Counted from the stretch's first letter, positions 14,989 through 27,122 are shown. The stretch is DNA of 64,000 bases from Eledone cirrhosa (GCA_964016885.1 OZ024743.1:170314001-170378000), one strand, 5' to 3'. Notes: a model not told the origin generated them from the letters alone. Numbers and translations: made by a program.

Positions 14989-15711
14989 CATTGGGATATG
15001 TCGCTGGTCATGTATTACCGTCCAGTTGGGATGCCAGAAGACATATGAATCTCTTTTCTTATTAAGTTCTAGTAGTATATATATCAGCCTTCTGATTGGT
15101 TGAATTTGTGGTCTCTGGCAAATTTACTGCGAGATCTCAGCTTGTGGTTTATTACTTCTTCCATAGTCTATAGTTCTCGCTATCATCTCCTTTGCCAGGC
15201 AACACTGGCAAAGAGGACAGGAGAGCCAAGAAAGTGCTGTTTGCTCTGATGGTGGTGGTATCACGGCTATTATGGTCAATGCCAACAACAATAACACCAT
15301 TTACAATAATGAAGACAATGGTGATGCTAGAAATAATGCTTCTACAGATACCTACATTATATATCAAACAATAGATAAATATATAATATACAATATATTA
15401 CATGTAGTAACAGTGATATTAAATGTATTATTACATTTGGTTAACTACAGATGTAAATAACGATAATGATTATTCCAATAATTAGAAAAATATTGATAAT
15501 TATATACTACCGATAATACCAATAGCTATAATAATAATTATTGTCATGTTGGTAATGATGGTACATGGGTATATAATGGATATTAACAGCCAGGGATTAA
15601 AGTTAGTATATAAACAGAGAATTATGAAAGAAAAAAATAATAATAATCAATACTCAAAGTACAGTAGGAGTACTATCAACCAGCTATGGGATAATGAATA
15701 AATGTTTATTA

Positions 15712-15826
15712 ATAATTGTTTCTACTATTGGCACAAGGCCAGCAATCACCCAGTACATTACTGGTACTTTATTTTATCGACCCCGTAAGGATGAAAGGCA
15801 AAGTTAACCTCGGCGAGATTTGAACA
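15712..15826 (-). mobile_element. Partial tRNA-derived SINE (family of 35372-35560)
   Basis: Reverse complement contains GTTCAAATCTCGCCGAGGTTAACTTTGCCTTTCATCCTTACGGGGTCGATAAAATAAAGTACCAG. Confidence 0.85.
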
Positions 15827-15881
15827 CAATAATGACACTGATAAAGAGATGACAATGATAACATTAATGACGACCATACCA

Positions 15882-16095
15882 TTGAAGAAGTGCCAGGAAA
15901 TGCCAGTGGAAGGAAGTCACAGTTGAGGTAGACTAAGAAAGACCTGGGCAGAGGTTGTGAGAGCTGACCTCAAATCACTGAAACTCACAGCGACAATGAC
16001 AGACAATCGCGACATGTGGAGAGATGCCATGCTGAGAAGGACCTGTCCAATCCATGCAAGCGTGGAAAAGCGGACGTAAAAATGATGATGATGAT
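15882..16095 (+). mobile_element. 3' fragment of RTE LINE family C
   Basis: [29 protein letters not shown] and tail AAAAGCGGACGTAAAAA(TGA)n; matches 34438-34660 in reverse. Confidence 0.8.
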
Positions 16096-16321
16096 GTTAT
16101 ATTCTCCTTTATAAAAAAATATTGAGTTTTGAAAGCCTTGTGACAATATAATCATTTTTAATTATTGGAAGCCCAAACAATTTATATAAAGAATTAAACA
16201 TATTGGTTTATCCATAAATTTTTTAGTCTTAATAGACTCTTATCAATGAATATATGACAGGGAAAATAATATACTATTTCATAAATGAATAACATATTAA
16301 AGTAAAAGCTTTAGAATATAA

Positions 16322-17206
16322 CTAGCAGAATGGCCCGGTGTTGCTCGGGATTTGCTCTAGGGTTCTTATATATTTGATATATATTTATCCTTATCGAGCC
16401 TCGTGAAATAAATACATTTGTTTATATTTTGTTATTGTGTATGCAAAAATATCTGTACACGAATATATAATTATATATATATATATTAAAATAACATATT
16501 AAAGTTTCAGCAAAGAATCGCTGCTTTCACCCTTAACGGGATCTTCTGAAACTAAAATTAAAAAATCAATCTGTGAACGCAGATGTAAATATTTCGTAAA
16601 ACGTTGCAACCGAAGGAAAACAGGAAGACGATACTAGGCCATTAAAAAATTGGGTTTTCTTTGCTCACGGTATGAAGAAGAGACTGACTAATACATAGTT
16701 ACAATTTCAAGGAAATCAGTCTGACGTAACAACTAAAAAAATCCCTAAAAACCTGAAAAAACGCAGCTTTTCAACTAATGCGGGCCCTAGGGGACCAAAA
16801 AGTTGAATTTTTTAATGTGCATAACTCTCCCTGAAACATAAGTAATACACATGTAAAGTTTGAAAAAAAGTCGGTTGGGTACTTCTCGAGTTTTAGGGAT
16901 TCAAAGTCACACACATACACAGACATCCTCAGGGAAGTGACGTAATGCAGACAGCCAGACATACAGACAGATATTATAAGGGCGCGACGTTATATGTATG
17001 TATCTATCTAAAAAGAGAAAGACTAAGAGAGAGAGAAAAAGATCGCTAAATCACCTAATGCGGTCCCTAGGGCATTGAAAATTTGAAATTTTTTTCCTCA
17101 GAACACTCAATAGGACCATAAGTATTACATGTGTAAAGTTTGAAAACAATCGGTTGGGTGGTTGTACAGACAGACAAACAGACATTCTCTGATTTAGTAA
17201 TATAGA
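16322..17206 (-). mobile_element. Complete non-autonomous Helitron (about 885 bp) containing PLE-terminal fragments
   Basis: Minus strand starts A|TCTATATTACTAAA and ends CCCGAGCAACACCGGG..CTGCTAG|T; internal duplication about 16775-16880 vs 17055-17160. Confidence 0.8.
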
Positions 17207-17822
17207 TGAAGAACCAACAAACTCTGTATAGATTCCATTTTTCATGAAACCAAGAAATATTTTAGAGGACTTGTTTGGTTCATATGAACCGAGGTTGGAA
17301 ACCACTGCTCTATTTTATTTAGTGTTTTACAAGCTCTCTATCTCTCTATCTCTCTCTCTCACGCCTTCTGTACCTACAAAGAAGCACTGGAGCTGATACT
17401 AATCTGCTACTCAATGACAAATAACAGCTTGTATATTAAGAAGTAGGTAAGCAGCATTATTGTAGGTTATTGTGTTGAAATGGTGTGATAATGTTTGCAT
17501 AATGAATATTATTATATTCAATGTTGCGTGATAAATATGACAGCACTCCATTGGTTGATATCTTGGTCGGATAGAGAAGGGTAGGTCATAGAAACAACTA
17601 GAATGGCAAGTGTGATATCATCTTCATCATCATCATCATCAATATTGCTAACACCACTACCACCACTGTCATCAATACTACTCTCTCATATGTGTTTCAC
17701 TTTTCTCATATCTATCTCACCCAGACATACAGACGTACACTCTCCTATATATATCATCATCATCATCATCATCATCATCATCTTCGTTTAACGTCCATTT
17801 TCCATGGTAGCATGGGTTAGTC

Positions 17823-17862
<40 letters not shown>

Positions 17863-17866
17863 TATG

Positions 17867-18348
17867 TATATGTACGTATGGGTTTACCAAACATTTATTA
17901 TAATGTTCGGTTTGTTTGTAAACAAACAGCCCGAACTAAGCCGTACAGTGTTCAGCAACCATCGTTGCCCTTTTGTTCAACACTGACAAAGGAACGATGA
18001 ACTAGTTCCTAGCTTATTAGCTGTCATCAGCACCGTATACCTTCCTGTCAATCGATTGAACGTTTGAAAGTATATACTTTCCTTATGCATATTAACGGCT
18101 GAGCAGTCTAATTTGCATATCGATTGAGTTAGTCGGCCGGGCGTACCGAAAACGATAAATGGAAAAAATGAAATTTCATTTCTCACTCTTAGTACGGCTG
18201 ATATATAAATATAAGTATTTATACATACATACATATATGTATACAGATGTACAGTAGTATGCATATAGATTCATACATGCACACATATATATATATGTAC
18301 GTATGCGTTTACCGAACATTTATTATAATGTTCGGTTTGTTTGTAAAC
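17867..18348 (-). mobile_element. Retrozyme-like element, subfamily 2 (425-bp unit plus 57-bp terminal redundancy)
   Basis: Direct repeats 17867-17923 and 18292-18348; octamer (ATTTGCAT at 18111-18118); minus-strand hammerhead 17994-18036 ACGGTG-CTGATGA-CAGCTAATAAGCTA-GGAAC-TA-GTT-CATCGT. Confidence 0.78.
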
Positions 18349-18539
18349 TAATAAATATAACCAAATCATATCTGTCCTTCCCATCAAATGAACCTATACT
18401 AACGTCAGGGGAGCTGCTCAAGTCCTTTTACTCATTCAGTGCTTGCAGCGGCAGGAGATTTTAGACAAACTCTCCCAGCTATTCCAAAAGTCAAAAATCT
18501 TGAATACCAGTTCACAAGTGTCTCAGTAAAAGGGCTGTA

Positions 18540-19145
18540 TTGGCCCTGAAAAATGTGATTGTAAAATCGATAAATCAAGATCTGTTAAAAAGAATTCCAA
18601 AGGTTTCAAATCTTTATCGATCTGTTGACACTGTGGTGGAACAGTCGGAAGCTGTCAATTACCCAACAGAGTTCCTCAACTCTTTTGAACCATCAAGAAT
18701 ACCTCCACATGTCCTTCACCTTAAAGAAGGAGCACCCATCATGTTATTGAGGAATTTGGACCAGCCAAGGTTATGCAATGGCACTCAATTGGTTGTGAAA
18801 AATATGTATCCACACAAGATTTAAACTACCATTTCAACAGGATATGGTAGGGGAAAGGATATGTTTGTTCCGAGAATTCCTCTTATCCCCACTGATGTCC
18901 CATTTCAATTTAAACAGCTCCAATTTCCAGTGAGTCTTAGTTTTGTCATGACCATCAACAAATCATATGGACAAACATTTGCAGTTGCCGGTTTACACCT
19001 TGAAGAGCCCTGCTTCACCCATGGTCGCCTTTACATTGGATGTCTTCATCAGGGGGAGACATGGTCTGATATGGAATTAAAAGAAATTTGAAATAAAGGC
19101 ATACTATAGTGATTATTGCCCAGCAATGACGGGCTACTCAGCTAG
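18540..19145 (+). mobile_element. Degenerate Helitron 3' end (PIF1 helicase pseudogene, hairpin, CTAG)
   Basis: ORFs 18540-18824 (LKEGAPIMLLRNL..LCNGTQL) and 18861-19091 (QFPVSLSFVMTINKSYGQT); GCCC-n9-GGGC at 19118-19134; CTAG at 19142-19145 then T. Confidence 0.85.
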
Positions 19146-19398
19146 TATATATATTGCAAGGGGCAAATAATGGGTTGGTGCTAAGGACATCAGGCTTTGA
19201 AATATTGCCTCAAAAAGATGGTGAGTACGAAGCTCTTCTTGGGCCATGCAAGGCTAAAGTCTGCTTCAGCAGGGAAAATAGCCTCAAAATGTTTGCTGCT
19301 GGAAATATATATATACATATGTAGATAGATAGCTACAAACATATACATGTGTGTTTATATATATATAAGCAGGGAAAAGCGGACGTAAAATGATGATA

Positions 19399-21840
19399 TC
19401 ATCATCATCATCATCATCATCACCGTTTTACGTCCGTTATTCCACGCTAGCATGGGTTAGACGGGTTGTCCTGTTGTGGGCAGTGTCTGGTCGGCTGACC
19501 ATGCCTTGCTCATACAGGAACTGATCTGGCTTGATTTCTACAGCTGGATGCCCTTCCTAACACCAACCTCATTTACAGTGAGTGCTGGGTGCTTTTTCGT
19601 GGCGCCTACACGTCCACTTTACAGTGTGGGCTGGGTACTTTTTTGCCGTGGCACCTCCACGACCACCTTGCGGTGGGGGGTGTGGGGGCATATTGTCTAT
19701 TTGCTTCAGCTTGTACCCATGGGAGGTCGGGTACCCTGTATTACTGCGTGACGCCAGAAGTCACGTTCGTGTGTCATTGTCTTTGAGAGGTGTAATTGGG
19801 TAAGGTCGGCTTTTATCACCTCATCCCAGGTCATCTTGGGTCTCCCCACTCCGCGGTTTCCATCAACTTCTAGTGCTCTGCACCTTTTTATGCAGCTGTC
19901 ATCCTTCATACGCATCACGTGTCCATACCAGCGCAACCGCCTCTCCTGCACACAGCATTTGATTCCTCTTATGCTCAGTCTCTCTCTCAATTCATTTATG
20001 CTTTGTCGTTCACGTATATTACTGTTACACATCCATCGGAGCATGCAGGCTTCGTTTCTCTCTAATCTACGTAAGTCTTCCACCTTCAGCGCCCAGGTCT
20101 CACTACCATGCAACATCGCTGTTCGGATACACGCATCATACAGTCTGCCTTTCATTCTGAGGGAGAAGCCTTTTGCAGCTAGCAGTGGTAGTAGTTCCCT
20201 AAACTTCTTCCATCCCGTTCTTACCCTAGTTATTGTACTTTCTGAACACCCACCTCCGTTGCTAATTCGGTCACCTAGGTAGCAGAAGCTGTCTACTGTT
20301 TCTACAGGGCCCTCCCAGAGATTGGTGGTACTTGTTTCCTGTGGCTGTTTGCTGCTTGCTGTCTCAGCACAGCTGCTGCATGTGAATCCTACATTCTTAA
20401 TTAAGCTTCCTGAAATTCCGCTACATCTCTTGTGGACCCATTGTTTGCATTTGGGGCAGAGAATGGAGTTCCTACCTACACCTTTCCTACATACTGAGCA
20501 AGGCCATTTCCCTGAGAGGATCTGGGTTCTGTTTTCTCGTCTACTTACAAGGACCTTAGTCTTTGTCATGTTGACTTTGAGACCCTTTCTTTCTAGTCCC
20601 TGCTTCCAGGTTTGGAATTTATTCTCTAGTTCTACCATAGATTCAGCTATGAGTGCGAGATCATCAGCATACAGGAGTTCCCATGGGCATCCGGTCTTAA
20701 ACTCCTCCGTTATTGCCTGCTGGACTATGATGAACAGGAGAGGGCTAAGAACAGAGCCCTGGTGGACCCCAACCTGTACGCTAAATTCCTCGCTATACTC
20801 ATTGCTAATCCTAACTTTGCTGACTGCTCCCCTATACATGGCTTGTACCGCTTTCACAAGCCATTCATCTACTCCTAGTTTTCTAAGAGCCCACCAGATT
20901 ACAGCACGTGGAACTCTGTCAAAGGCTTTCTCAAGGTCGACAAATGCCAAGTAGAGTGGCTTACTTTTAGCTAAGTACTTTTCCTGTAATTGCCTCACAA
21001 GGAAGAGGGCATCAGTGGTGCCTCTTCCTGGTACAAACCCAAATTGCATCTCGTCTATTTTCACCCGGTCCCTAATCAGCTGTGCTATAACTCTTTCTGT
21101 TACTTTCATGACCTGGTCCATCAACTTCATACCTCTATAGTTTCCTCTATCTAGTGCATCGCCTTTACCTTTGTAGCAGTTGACAATGATGCTACTGCAC
21201 CAATCTTTTGGTATGACACCTTCTAGTATTACCTGGTTAACAATACGTGTGGTTATAGTGTGACCTACAGACCCAGATGCCTTTAGCATCTCGGCAGCTA
21301 TACCCAATGGACCGGTTGCCTTCCCCATCTTCATATCTTTGATTGCCTTACTTACTATGCTGCTGCTGACTTGTACTGCTGACCCCTCTATAGGGTCTAC
21401 TTGGGGTAGGGTCTCTTCTTCCCATGCATTCTCCTCATTTAGTAATCTATCATAATGACTCTTCCATGCATCTTTCTTCTCAGCACTTGTGAGGGCAAGC
21501 TCACCTTTATCATTCCGGATACACTTCTCTCCAGTGACATCACAACTATCTCTGACACACTGCCTCGCAATCTTGAATACCTCCTGTTTCTGGTCCTCAC
21601 GTTTTAAAACATGCTTGAATTTTCTATCCTCTGCTTCCCTCCTAGCTAAGTATACTTGTCGCCTAGCTTCCCTCTTGGTCTCTATGTAATGTACCCTGCT
21701 CTCCCCGTTCTTCCATTCTTTCCATGCCTGTCTCTTGGCCTTAACTGCTCCATCTACCTTATTGTTCCACCACCAAGTCACTCTCCTCCTGCTTGAGGTC
21801 TTACTCCAGCCACAGACCTCATCCGTCGCCTCTAGTAAAT
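19399..21840 (-). mobile_element. 5'-truncated RTE-clade LINE, family A, (GAT)n tail
   Basis: Uninterrupted RT ORF, 3' UTR, and (CAT)n on the plus strand at 19399-19422; the 5' end abuts a TA tract. Confidence 0.92.
19706..21781 (-). CDS. RTE LINE reverse transcriptase with internal PHD finger (endonuclease lost by truncation)
   Basis: NYRGMKLM, QFGFVPGRGTTDA, AFVDLEKAFDRV, GVHQGSVLSPLLF, LLYADD, FCYLG and the RTE-type C-terminus [18 protein letters not shown]; C4HC3 at 20369-20500. Confidence 0.92.
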   Translation of the reverse strand: MTWWWNNKVDGAVKAKRQAWKEWKNGESRVHYIETKREARRQVYLARREAEDRKFKHVLKREDQKQEVFKIARQCVRDSCDVTGEKCIRNDKGELALTSAEKKDAWKSHYDRLLNEENAWEEETLPQVDPIEGSAVQVSSSIVSKAIKDMKMGKATGPLGIAAEMLKASGSVGHTITTRIVNQVILEGVIPKDWCSSIIVNCYKGKGDALDRGNYRGMKLMDQVMKVTERVIAQLIRDRVKIDEMQFGFVPGRGTTDALFLVRQLQEKYLAKSKPLYLAFVDLEKAFDRVPRAVIWWALRKLGVDEWLVKAVQAMYRGAVSKVRISNEYSEEFSVQVGVHQGSVLSPLLFIIVQQAITEEFKTGCPWELLYADDLALIAESMVELENKFQTWKQGLERKGLKVNMTKTKVLVSRRENRTQILSGKWPCSVCRKGVGRNSILCPKCKQWVHKRCSGISGSLIKNVGFTCSSCAETASSKQPQETSTTNLWEGPVETVDSFCYLGDRISNGGGCSESTITRVRTGWKKFRELLPLLAAKGFSLRMKGRLYDACIRTAMLHGSETWALKVEDLRRLERNEACMLRWMCNSNIRERQSINELRERLSIRGIKCCVQERRLRWYGHVMRMKDDSCIKRCRALEVDGNRGVGRPKMTWDEVIKADLTQLHLSKTMTHERDFWRHAVIQGTRPPMGTS

Positions 21841-22334
21841 TATTATATATATATTATTATTTTTCTTATATATATGTATGTATTTAACTGTAACACGTTG
21901 AAATCTATTATATAAGATTATAATCGTTATCATTTACCTAAAGTATACTGTATCACTAATACTTAATATATATCTATATATACCTCTCTGTATCTCTCTA
22001 TACATAATTTTTAGATAACTTCTAAATTTTTAGATTATTATTTATTTTGAACTGTGAATAATTCATGCATTTACACCCTTTTATATATAGGTATCTATTT
22101 AACTTTAACATGCTTGAATCTATTATTCTATATTCGTTATCATTTACCTAAAATATACTGGCTCATTAATATATCTCTATATACATAATCGTTATTTAAA
22201 TATTTCTAACAATAAGTACTTCATAAGCTTTACATACCGAAAATGTTGACATTTTTATAGGTAATCTTCATTAAAGATTACATTTAGGAAAATATTCAAC
22301 AGTGTAAATTTTCCTTTCGCTGGCCAGGTAAATC

Positions 22335-23075
22335 CAGTCTGCGTAGATCCCCTGCACACAAGGCCCTTGTCTCACTTCTATGTAACATCGCTGTTCGTAT
22401 GCAGGCATCATACAGCCTGCCTTTTATTTTTAGAGAGAAACCTTTAGCGGCCAATAGTGGTATAAGCTCTCTGAACTTTTTCCATCCTGTTCGGACTCTA
22501 GCTACAGTACTTTCGGAGCACCCTCCACCACTGCTGATTTTATCACCCAGGTAACGGAAGGTGACCACTATTTCTATAGAACCATCTGGGCAATAGAATG
22601 AGCTAGTATTCTGTGGGCATATGCTGCTACTTATTGCACCAGAGCACCGGCCACATATAAAATCTACATTCTTAGTTAGCTTACCTGTGATCCCACTACA
22701 TCTTTTATGCACCCATACTTTGCATTTGGGACATAAAATGGAGTTTCTGCCTACTCCTTTCCTACACACTGAGCATGGCCATTTCCCAGATGAGACCAGT
22801 GCCCTAGTCTCCTTCCTACATATTAGGACGTTAGTCTTAGGCAAGTTAACTTTAAGGCCTTTTGATTCTAGGCCATGCTTCCATGTTTGGAATTTCTTCT
22901 CTAGTTCAGCCATTGATTCGGCTATGAGCATTAGATCATCTGCGTATAGAAGTTCCCAAGGGGCAGCCGGTCTTGAACTCCTCCGTTATAGCTTGGAGGG
23001 CAATAATAAATACGAGGGGTCTAAGGAAGGACGGAGCCCTGATGATAACCAACTTTTACACTAAACTCTTCACTA
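22335..23075 (-). mobile_element. Internal fragment of RTE family B (degenerate RT with PHD finger)
   Basis: ORF 22296-22931 with GKWPCSVC..CPKC..WVHKRC..CGRC and FRYLG. Confidence 0.88.
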
Positions 23076-23199
23076 TATATATATATATATATACATCATA
23101 TATATATATAATATATATATATATACATCATATATATATATAATATATATATATATATACATATATATACATATATATATATAATATATAATATATATA

Positions 23200-23422
23200 T
23201 CATCATTTCATTTTACGTCCGCTTTTTCCCTGCTTGCAAGGGTGGGACGGGAACTGATTTTGGCTTCATTTCTACAGCTGGATGCCCTTCCTAACACCAA
23301 CCTCATTTACAGTGAGTGCTGGGTGCTTTTTTGCAGTGGAATGATAGGGACCCCAATCCCTTATCATCTCATTTCTACAGCTGAGTAAACTGGAGCAATG
23401 TGAAATAAAGTGTCTTGCTCAA
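23200..23422 (-). mobile_element. 3' part of SINE with RTE-derived tail (family of 48566-48838)
   Basis: Reverse match to 48655-48835, plus the RTE-C-like terminus TTTTACGTCCGCTTTTTCCCTGCTTGCAAGGG. Confidence 0.8.
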
Positions 23423-23864
23423 GTATTATGAGGGTTGTAGTGGTAAAGTATTTTTTATGTATGATAAAGAAGCTTGTGTGCAGAGAAATATTATAAATGA
23501 GAAGCAAAATAATGTTATGGTTTTTGTATACACCACCATTTTCACAATCCAGGAAACATAATATATAGATTATATGTTTGATGTATTAAGTTAGATTATT
23601 ACAGCTTGTTGCGGCTCAAGCTGTAATAATCTGAGCCGCAACAAGCTGTAATAATCTAACTTAATACATCAAACATCCAATACTGAATCATCGTGAATTA
23701 TGTGAAGGACATATAAACTATATATTACGTTTCCTGGATTGTGAAAATGGTGGTGTATACAAAAACCATAACATTATTTTGCTTCTCATTTATAATATTT
23801 CTCTGCACACAAGCTTCTTTATCATACATAAAAAATACTTTACCACTACAACCCCCATAATACT
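23422..23864. repeat. Long imperfect foldback (about 200-bp arms)
   Basis: 23422-23618 is the reverse complement of 23632-23864, except for a ~36-nt segment present only in the right arm. Confidence 0.9.
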
Positions 23865-24190
23865 CTTGATTACCCGCTTAAAGTGCTTGTATTGCATATA
23901 ACACCTTGCCGCACAATAATCTTATATAAATAAGACACACGTGCATGCCCCACGTGTAACTATTGCATGTACTAACTACTTCAAACTATCCTCTTGCATT
24001 ATCTTCGTAAACTGCCGATGTTGTATTTTAACTTTAATTTTGTTTTAATATGATTTTAATTTTTGAATTTAAATCGCCATGCAAAAATATTATAATGGAT
24101 GTCACCCCACTGTACATCGATATATACATATGTTTCTCTATGTCTTTTGTGTTGGAAAGGAGGTCATGTATGTAAACAATCATTGAAAAA

Positions 24191-24240
24191 TTGCTCCGAA
24201 GACTCCAAACCTCGGTTTGGACGAAACAATTGGAAGCTAA
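24191..24240 (+). ncRNA. Hammerhead-like motif (probably inactivated)
   Basis: TTGCT-CCGAAGA-CTCCAAACC/GGTTTGGAC-GAAAC-AATT-GGA-AGCTA; GGA replaces the GUH triplet; shares its core with 26090-26209. Confidence 0.65.
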
Positions 24241-24572
24241 TAAATGGTTTGAACAGAACTTTGATTCATGTGATTTCTATATAACTGCTCTGTAGAACAA
24301 CTGATGTTATTACATTGAGCTATTTATCTTACTGGTAATGAGGTAGTAATAAATTACTGTCTTTCACTGTTTAGGGTTTAAAATATATATAATTATAAAA
24401 AGTTTTAAGTATATACATAACCATAAATAGTATCCTTAATACTATATATACATATATATATATAATATATATATATACATTATATATATATATTATATAT
24501 ATATACATTATATATATATATTATATATATATAATATATATATATATATTATATATATATAATATATATATA

Positions 24573-25250
24573 TCATCATCATCAACATTTAACGTCCGTG
24601 TTCCACGCTTGCATGGGTTTGGACGGGGGTATTCCCACTTGAGGCAAGAGTGATTGTCTTCCTCGCATAGGACTGTCTGGCAGGTTTTCTACAGTTGGAT
24701 GCCCTTCCTAACACCAACCACATTTACAGTGTGGGTCTGGGAGGTTTTTACCGTGTTGCCTACACGGCCACATTACAGCGTGGACTGTGTGTTTTTTTGT
24801 CGTGACACCTACACGATCTCATTTGTTTCGGCCTGGATGGCGCGGCACCAACATAACTTTACATAGAACGGGGTGGTGTGGATGGGGTGGGGGTGGTGGG
24901 ACGGGGTGTATTTTGTTAGAGATGCCTACTGGCTGTAGTAGGTTTTACTATGTATTTAGGTAAGGCGGGTCTTCTCTGTTACTGAGTACCGCCAAAGGTC
25001 TCGGTCCAGTGACATTGTCTTGGAGAGGTGTAAGTGTGTGAGGTCGGAGTTTATCAGCTCGTCCCAGGTTTTTCTAGGTCTGCCTATTCCGTGGCTACCG
25101 TCTATCTTTATTGCCCTGCACTTTGTTATACAGCTATCAACTTTCATGCGCATCACGTGTCCATACCAACGTAGCCTTCTCTCGAGTAAACAACATCTGA
25201 TCCCTCCTATTTCTAATTTTTAATTTCTAATTTCTAATTTTTTCCTTAGT
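24573..25250 (-). mobile_element. 3' fragment of RTE family B
   Basis: [23 protein letters not shown], 3' UTR and (CAT)n at 24573. Confidence 0.9.
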
Positions 25251-25300
25251 TCATATTGTATATATATATGTATATATATAATATATAGTATATATATAAT

Positions 25301-25556
25301 ATGATGGCAGCAGCTGAGAAGGAATAAGTTTGTGGGTTGATGAGGTACTTACAGACATTTGTGTGGTATAGACTTGTGAAGGCTAGAGTATACTTAATGA
25401 GTATATTTCTGTGGGTAGTAGGTATCCTAATTTAAAGCTATGTTGTGTTGGTTCGATTCACGGAGGTTTGAATCTTATGAATTTAGTGGCAATTCTATGT
25501 CTGCAGAAGTACCTCATCAACCCACAAACTTATTCCTTCTCAGCTGCTGCCATCAT
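25301..25556. repeat. 50-bp perfect inverted repeat enclosing an inverted PLE C-terminal coding remnant
   Basis: Arms 25301-25350 and 25507-25556; minus strand 25458-25505 encodes CRHRIATKFIRFKPP*, in register with the PLE terminus [15 protein letters not shown]. Confidence 0.85.
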
Positions 25557-25717
25557 TTGATCCTAAATCCTAGTTTTTCTCAAATCACTACTACAATGTA
25601 ACTTTACCTTCCTTTTGCCATAATTACAATTAGCACGCTTATCTCTTTGCATGTATGTATATTTTTGTACGAGTGTATATTGATGTGTATGTATGTGTCT
25701 ATGTACACATGCATGTG

Positions 25718-25783
<66 letters not shown>

Positions 25784-26089
25784 AATATATGCGTATATTA
25801 CTTCTTTAACCTCTGTATTAACTCAACAACTATTAGCTTTGACTTATAATTTAAAATTGATACACACATCGATCTCTGTACATGCCAAACTTTTACTTTT
25901 GCCTCATGACAGCTAGTTTTACACGCCGACATCTTAGATACACTATACCCCCACCTAAGTAATGTCAGGTCTCCTCAATTAATTTATTAATAGCATTGTT
26001 GTAATTGTTGTTATTGTTCTAACTGAATGCCATTACTACTTCATATAGTAGCCTGTATATTCTTTTCTTGCCTGTGTATTCTCTTCATT

Positions 26090-26209
26090 CTCGCATGCTC
26101 CGAAGAACTGACTGGTTATAATTGTGTATTGGCGATCGAGTAACATGAAAATAAGCGAATAGCGATGTCTAGACCTACCAGTTCAGAGAAACAATTGTCA
26201 GCTATGAGA
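26090..26209 (+). ncRNA. Type I hammerhead ribozyme with 81-nt stem II
   Basis: CATGCT-CCGAAGA-ACTGACTGGT...ACCAGTTCAGA-GAAAC-AATT-GTC-AGCTATG; GUC site and palindromic stem III. Confidence 0.78.
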
Positions 26210-26536
26210 TTAAAACCCTTTTTTGTATAGCAAACCATGTCAACCTTCTTTCCTGATTTATTATTACTCCAACTGTTTACAACATAGGAATTACAGCATA
26301 CCTGCAGCATCACTGTGAAAACGCCTTGTTGAGTCACACCAAGCCAAGCGTTGATATCATCCACTACCTGAATACCTATAACTGGACTATACCTAAGTGG
26401 ACTGCATTTAACTATTATTTGTTACCCCGTATATATATTATATTATATATATATATGTATATATATATATATGTATATATGTATATATATGTATATATAT
26501 ATAGGTATATATATATATATATGTATATAATATAGG

Positions 26537-26567
<31 letters not shown>

Positions 26568-26580
26568 GTATATATATATG

Positions 26581-26669
<89 letters not shown>

Positions 26670-26741
26670 GTGTATAATATATATATATGTATATATATGT
26701 ATATATATATATGTATATATATATATATGTAGATATATATG

Positions 26742-26774
<33 letters not shown>

Positions 26775-26836
26775 GTATATATATGTATATATATATATAT
26801 TATATATATATGTATATATATATATATATGTATATA

Positions 26837-26887
<51 letters not shown>

Positions 26888-26898
26888 GTATATATATA

Positions 26899-27034
<136 letters not shown>

Positions 27035-27035
27035 G

Positions 27036-27085
<50 letters not shown>

Positions 27086-27122
27086 GTATATATATATATG
27101 TATATATATATATGTATATATA

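Noticed and set aside
19836-20954. Antisense ORFs over RTE copies and recurring 3' UTR ORFs (MGSVWSADH.., MSSSHRTVW..)
   Set aside because: Shadow frames of repeats with no recognisable motifs; they recur only because the repeat recurs.
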